Assembly (NCBI GenBank): GCA_963514005.1
Contig: OY740791.1
Coordinates: 45,074,001 to 45,138,000, forward strand
DNA: 64,000 nucleotides
Source of the DNA: Raja brachyura
Lineage: Eukaryota
Direction of reading: 5' to 3'
Shown: in pieces, positions 58,303 to 64,000 of the stretch
Layout: each line of letters opens with the position of its first letter
Position numbering within the stretch: position 1 is the first letter of the stretch
Notes under the pieces: model-generated
Seen by the model: the letters and a program-made list of their open reading frames with translations, nothing else
Told to the model about the DNA's origin: nothing
Database searches by the model: none
Program-made: the position numbers and the translations under genes

Positions 58303-58732
58303 AAAACTACATATTCTACTTTTGACAGTCCGTACCATTTGAAGTGACTATTGGCCAACTGCCCTACCCGTGCTTCTCATGATTCAATATATCGTTCTCA
58401 TGACTTCCCTCAACTGTGTTCACTGCAGGGAATACAGTTCTAGCCTATACAATCTGCCATGCTGACGTAAACCCTCCTATCCAGGCAACGTTTTGGAGTA
58501 TTTTTTCCCCTCTCTGGCTTAAACGAGCCCTTTAAAGTGTGCTACCTGGACCTGCACAGAATAATTTAAATCCAGCCAATGCAATGTTTCGTTCAACTAA
58601 AACTCAATTATTACATTCAATTCTTGCTGCTAAGGGAAGCAACCTTGTCACATGCCTTCATCACAACACTGTCTACACGTGTTCCCATTTAAATAAAAAT
58701 CACCTTTATTTCACCACATATCCACATCAGTT

Positions 58733-60526
58733 CGTATGTGGGTCCCTTGAAGGCAGACACGGGTGAAATAATTATGGGCAACAAGGAAATGGCAGAAGAG
58801 TTGAATAGGCACTTCGGATCCGTCTTCACTAAGGAGAACACAAACAATCTCCCAGATGTACTGGAGGACAGAAGATCTAAGGGGGTAGAGGAACTGAAAT
58901 ACATTTTCATTAGGCGAGAAATAGTATTGGGGAGGCTAATGGTACTGAAGGATAATAAATCCCCTGGGCCTGATAATCTGAATCCCAGGGTCCTCAGGTA
59001 GGTGGCTCTAGAAATAGTGGACGAATTGGTGATAATTTTCAAATGTTCAATAGATTTAGGATCAGTTCCTGTGGATTGGAGGATAGCTAATGTTATCCCA
59101 CTTTTCAAGAAAGGAGCGAGAGAGAAAACGGGGAATGCAGACCAGTTAGTCTGACTTCGGTGGTGGGAAAGATGCTGGAGTCAAATATTAAAGAGGTAAC
59201 AATGGAGCATTTGGATAGCAGTAATAGGATTAGTCCAAGTCAACATGGATTTATGAAAGGGAAATCATGCTTGACTAATCTTCTGGAATTTTTTGAGGCT
59301 GTGATAAGTAACATGGATGAAGGGGTGCCAGTGGATGTAGCGTATCTAGACTTTGAGAAAGCCGTTGATAAGGTCCGGCATGGGAGACTGGTGACTAAAA
59401 TTGGAGCACATGGTATTGGGGGTAGGGTGTGGACATGGATAGAAAATTGGTTGACAGACCGGAAGCAAAGAGTAGGGGTGAACGGGTCCTTTTCAGAATG
59501 GCAGGCTGTGGCGAGTGGAGTGCCCCAAGGCTCAGTGTTGGGGCCGCAACTGTTTACCATATATATAAATGATTTGGAAGTGGGAATTAGGAGCAACATT
59601 AGCACGTTTGCGGATGACACAAAGCTGGGTGGCAGTGTGAACTGTGGAGAGGATGATAAGAGTTTGCAGGGGGACCTGGACAGGTTGAGTGTGTGGGCAG
59701 ATGCGTGGCAGATGCAGTATAATATAGATAAATGTGAGGTTATCCACTTTGGCGGCAAAAACAAGGGGGCAGATTATTATCTCAATGGGGTTATGTTAGG
59801 TAACGGGGAGGTACAGCGAGACCTGGGTGTCCTTGTACACCAGTCACTGAAAGTTGGCGTGCAAGCAGTGAAGAAAGCTAATGGAATGTTGGCCTTCATA
59901 AGAAGAGGATTTCAGTACAGGAGTAAAGAGGTTCTGCAGTTGTATAGGGCTCTGGTGAGACCACATCTGGAGTATTTTGTACAGTTTTGGTCTCCTAATT
60001 TGAGGAAGGACATCGTTGTGATTGAGGCAGTGCTGCGTAGGTTCACGAGATTGATCCCGGGGATGGCGGGACTGTCATATGAGGATTGATTGACAAGACT
60101 TGGCTTGTATTCACAGGAGCTTAGAAGGATGAGGGGGGATCTTATAGAAACATACACAATTATAAAAGGACTGGACAAGATAGATGCAGGAAAAATGTTC
60201 CCAATGTTGGGTGAGTGTAGAACCAGGGTCCACAGTCTTAGAATAAAGGGGAGGTCATTTAAGACTGAACTGAGAAAAAACTTTTTTACCCAGAGAGTTG
60301 TGCATTTACCGAATTCCCTGCCACAGAGGGCAGTGAAGGCTAAATCACTGGATGGATTTAAGAGAGAGTTGGATAGAGCTCTTGGGGCTAGTGGAGTCAG
60401 GGGATATGGAGAGAAGGCGGGCACGGTTTGTAGATAGCAGACGATCAGCCATGATCACAATGAATGGCGGTGCTGGCTCGAAGGGCCGAATGGCCTCCTC
60501 CTGCACCTATTTTATATGTTTCTATA
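58733..60526 (+). mobile_element. CR1 LINE fragment (duplicate of 47546-49290)
   Basis: 309-aa RT ORF at 59160-60089: QHGFMKGKSCLTNL, SGVPQGSVLGP, FADDTKLGG. Confidence 0.9.
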
Positions 60527-61843
60527 TTAAAAAGAGCATGCCCCATTCCCTTACTATTAGTCATTCATTAAATAAGCTATTACAGAAACAATGAAGCATA
60601 GTTTGTCCTAACAGCTCCATCAACCACTGCGTATATTTGTTTCGTTTATTCCCATCATCACCTACTGAAATAACATTTTCATTCATTCCCAGTTCTTATA
60701 AAGGATCTAAAACGTGAAGCGATAATTTGATTATCATCCTCGGGTGATATTTGGGTCGGCGAGTGTCTTCAGCAATTGCTAAATCACGATGCAGCATGTT
60801 TCGTGTTTGGTGGAAGAATGATTCCCAATCTCACCTATGATATCTCATTATTTAGTGGTGATTTTGATTTTTTGCAGGTTTTATTACAAAAGTTGGATTG
60901 ATATTTATTTTAGGATTTGATTTGTTGCTACATCCGCGTGGTTCGGTTATTATAATACCTCCCTGCTGTTATGGGATATTTAAATGTAAATCCCAGAGCT
61001 AAATGCAGAATGTCGTCCAACAGGCATCCATTTGACCTATTCCGCCATCAGAAATCTTCGCAGATCTTGCAACCAATGGAGTACATGACCAATGCAATAT
61101 TTTTTTATTAACATTGTATCCTCTGCGATGTGCTCCATTTGTAAGTTGCCGGATTGATTTGATTTGATTCAACTTGATTGTCATTGTCCTTAGTACAGGT
61201 ACTGAGACATCGAAATGTTTTTTCCCATACAGCCATACGAATAAAACTACATAAAAACACAGAACACGATAGACTATTACATAAATATCCCCACAGCGGT
61301 ATCAAAGTTTCTCACTGTGAGGGAAGGCACCAAAGTTCAGTCAACCTCGTCGTTGATGTTCTTTGAAGTTCACCCGTCGTCGGGGCCTCCCAAGCCACAG
61401 CTCCGCGGTGTTCATGCAGCGGGCCCAACATTCCGGAGCCTCAAACGGCGATCCCAGCTGAGGCGTCGCCCGTTCCACGATGTATCCAGCGCTGTTCCGA
61501 CGCTGCTGAAGTTCTGGTCCGGTCCCCGGTAGGAAAGGCCGCGCCAATCCAGTTGGTAGGCCGCGAGGAGGGGGGCGAGGGAGTGACTCGGAGAATAGTC
61601 GCATCCTCACCAGAAAGTGACTGATAAACGGTTTCCCCTTACCCTACCCCACCTCCCCCACATAAAATACTGACAAAATCCCCCAAAACATACTTTAAAC
61701 AAACTAAAAATTAAAAAATATATACAAAATCAAACAGACTGTAGGCAGAGGCAGTCATCATGCTGGACCCTGCTGATCCCTCTATGGATCATGCACGACT
61801 TTGAGCATCCACTGTAAACTCCAGTAGCAGAAATTAAACTACA

Positions 61844-62850
61844 GTATCATTCCCTTAAAACTCGTCCCCAAGCTCCTTGGTCGTGGACTGGAGACCTCCA
61901 TCTGCGGCTGGATATTCGACTTCGTGACGAGCAGGCCCCAAGTGGTGAGAATTGGCAGAACAGATCTCCTTCTCACTGATCCTCAACACAGGCGCACCAC
62001 AGGATGTGTGCTCAGTCCTCTCCTCTGCTTCCTTTTCACATACGACTGTGCTGCTAATCATAGCTCTAACACCATCTTGACGTTTGCTGACGAAAGGACC
62101 ATCCAGTGCCTCATCACGGACAATAATGAGACGGCCTATAGGTAGGAGGTAAAGGCACTAAACAGCTGGTGCCAGGAAAATAACCTCTCTAACAATGTCA
62201 GCAAACACCTCCCCATCCACATCGGTGATGCTGAGGTTATAAGTGTCAGCAGCTTCAGGTTCCTCGGTGTGCACATTACTGAGGACCTCTCTTGGACAAT
62301 GCACATGGACACAGTAACTAAGAAGCCCGCCAGCGGCTCTTTTTCCTCTGAGGTCGGCGGAAGTTTGGCATGAACGCCAGCATCCTCACAAACTTCTACA
62401 GTTGCACCATCGAGAATCTGCTGACGTGCTGCTTCACAGTCTGGTACGGGAACTGTTCCGCCCACAGCCGAAAATCACTACAGAGGGTTGTGAAGGCGGC
62501 ACAGCACATCACTGGCAACTGTCTCCCGTTCATTCAGGACATTTTCCACAGGCTGTGCCTGCGGAAGGCACACAGCATCATCAAGGACCACAGCCACCCA
62601 GCACGCAGACTGTTCTCCTTGTTACCGTCAAGCAGACGATACAAGACGTACCAACAGACTTAAGAACGTTGCTATCGCATGCCATCAAGCTTCAGAACTC
62701 ATAAACACATCATATATTTTAATTATTTTATTTATTATTGTCTTTTACCTACCAATGTCACTTTTATCTTATCTTTTCCGTTGTCTTGTCAAACACATTT
62801 CATTGTACCGTTGACCCTGTGTTAACCTCACAAGACAAATAAAACGGAAC
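61844..62850 (+). mobile_element. Rex1/Babar RT fragment (duplicate of 50604-51622)
   Basis: Same sequence and flanks as the first copy. Confidence 0.85.
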
Positions 62851-63349
62851 TAGAGTTGTCTGAACACATTGCAAATCAACGTTCACTGTAAAGAACATTT
62901 TATACGGTAAATATAGTACCAAGATATTAGTGTTAACTAGGGCGCATTTTGAACGAACAATCAACTGCAAATCAATGGGTAATTGGGACATTTATTTGCA
63001 AATTTCAACAACGGAACCATTGGATAGAAAAAAAAAGAAACGTATATTCACAAAGGAAATAATAATTCAAAAATTCACCAAATTTACCGTGCTCAACCGT
63101 ACACAAATCGCTATGTTCCGTGCTTCTCCTAATATCCGTCCGGGTTTCTTCCTACCCTTATGTGCGATTGTGAGAGTTCCAACAACTGTAAGTAAATAAA
63201 TGTTTCCGATATGATAGGTTGCTTCATAGAAATACCGATGCCATCCATTTATTCTCTTGCATTATGGCTGACCCGACAGAACGTATTAACGAAATAGAAT
63301 CGTTCTTTTAACAAAAAACCTGTTATGGTTGCACACCTTTAAATAACAG

Positions 63350-63495
63350 GAGAGCAGTGCAGCTTTAAGAATTGTAGCTGCAATTGTCGAAAAGAACTGG
63401 TCGTGTCGCTGTCCACCAATGAGAAGCTCAAGTGCGCAGATGGATCCATTGCCCCTCCCACATCCCAGAATAAAAACGTCAGACGCGACGAGAGA
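63350..63495 (+). promoter_or_regulatory. cPcdh CSE promoter, gene 7
   Basis: AAGAACTGGTCGTGTCGCTGTCCACCAAT; CGCT at 63407-63410. Confidence 0.85.
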
Positions 63496-63667
63496 GACCG
63501 GCAGTGCCTGCGTTTGTATTGCGGAATCAATGTAAGGAGGAAAATATCCCGACTGTTTCGATTCTGTATTTAGATTATATATATATATATTTAATTCTTG
63601 AGCTTGGAACATTTTACTGATTACCCGAGGAGAGGCCTGGTTTTGGACATTGACTAAGCGCGGAACA

Positions 63668-64000
63668 ATGGCGTACCGCCCGAGGTTTGCCTTCACTGTG
63701 TTTGTGTGCATGTTTACGAAATGTGCACCTGGTCTAATTTCCGGGCAAATGCGTTATTCTATTCCCGAGGAAATGGCGCAGGGGGCATTTATTGGGAATA
63801 TCGCCGAGGATTTGGGGCTGAATGTATGGGAATTGTCTACTCGTAAATTACGACTGGAGTCTGATAATGGCGGACGGTACCTGAAGGTTAATTTGGAGGA
63901 TGGAATATTGTCTCTTCGTGAAAGAATCGACAGGGAACGTATTTGCGGACAGGACGATAAGTGTACTATACCTTTCGAAACAATACTGGAAAATCCTTCG
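63668..64000 (+). CDS. Clustered protocadherin gene 7, 5' part (runs off the window)
   Basis: MAYRPRFAFTVFVCMFTKCAPGLISGQMRYSIPEEMAQGAFIGNIAEDLG... is open to the window end and near-identical to gene 6. Confidence 0.9.
   Translation, partial: MAYRPRFAFTVFVCMFTKCAPGLISGQMRYSIPEEMAQGAFIGNIAEDLGLNVWELSTRKLRLESDNGGRYLKVNLEDGILSLRERIDRERICGQDDKCTIPFETILENPS

Overview
Vertebrate genomic DNA, most likely from a cartilaginous fish (skate/ray); this is inferred from HE1/V-SINE-like, Penelope-tail, CR1 and Rex1 repeats. The window is part of a clustered protocadherin (cPcdh) tandem array, all on the + strand. It holds five full-length ~2.4-kb single-ORF genes (5796, 13257, 27497, 34934, 52881), one copy with a single Cys->TGA nonsense change (41786), one gene cut by the window end (63668), one deletion pseudogene (~400-926), one 'ghost' unit that lost its CSE and coding exon (~19595), and two eroded EC6 relics. 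Each intact gene has a conserved CGCT-box (CSE) promoter about 250-260 bp upstream of the ATG and encodes signal peptide, 6 cadherin repeats, TM and a short variable cytoplasmic domain. Each ends in its own stop codon, usually followed by a positionally conserved AATAAA, and no GT donor is visible at the ORF end, so these look like constant-exon-independent genes. Spacers are paralogous and layered with TEs: Penelope remnants with hammerhead-like cores, CR1, Rex1/Babar, V-SINE, and a 2A-like/PHD/APE/RT LINE nested in a Rex1. The last three units form a young ~11-kb tandem triplication whose breakpoint maps inside a Penelope tail. There are two assembly gaps. All comparisons were made by eye and repeat boundaries are approximate.
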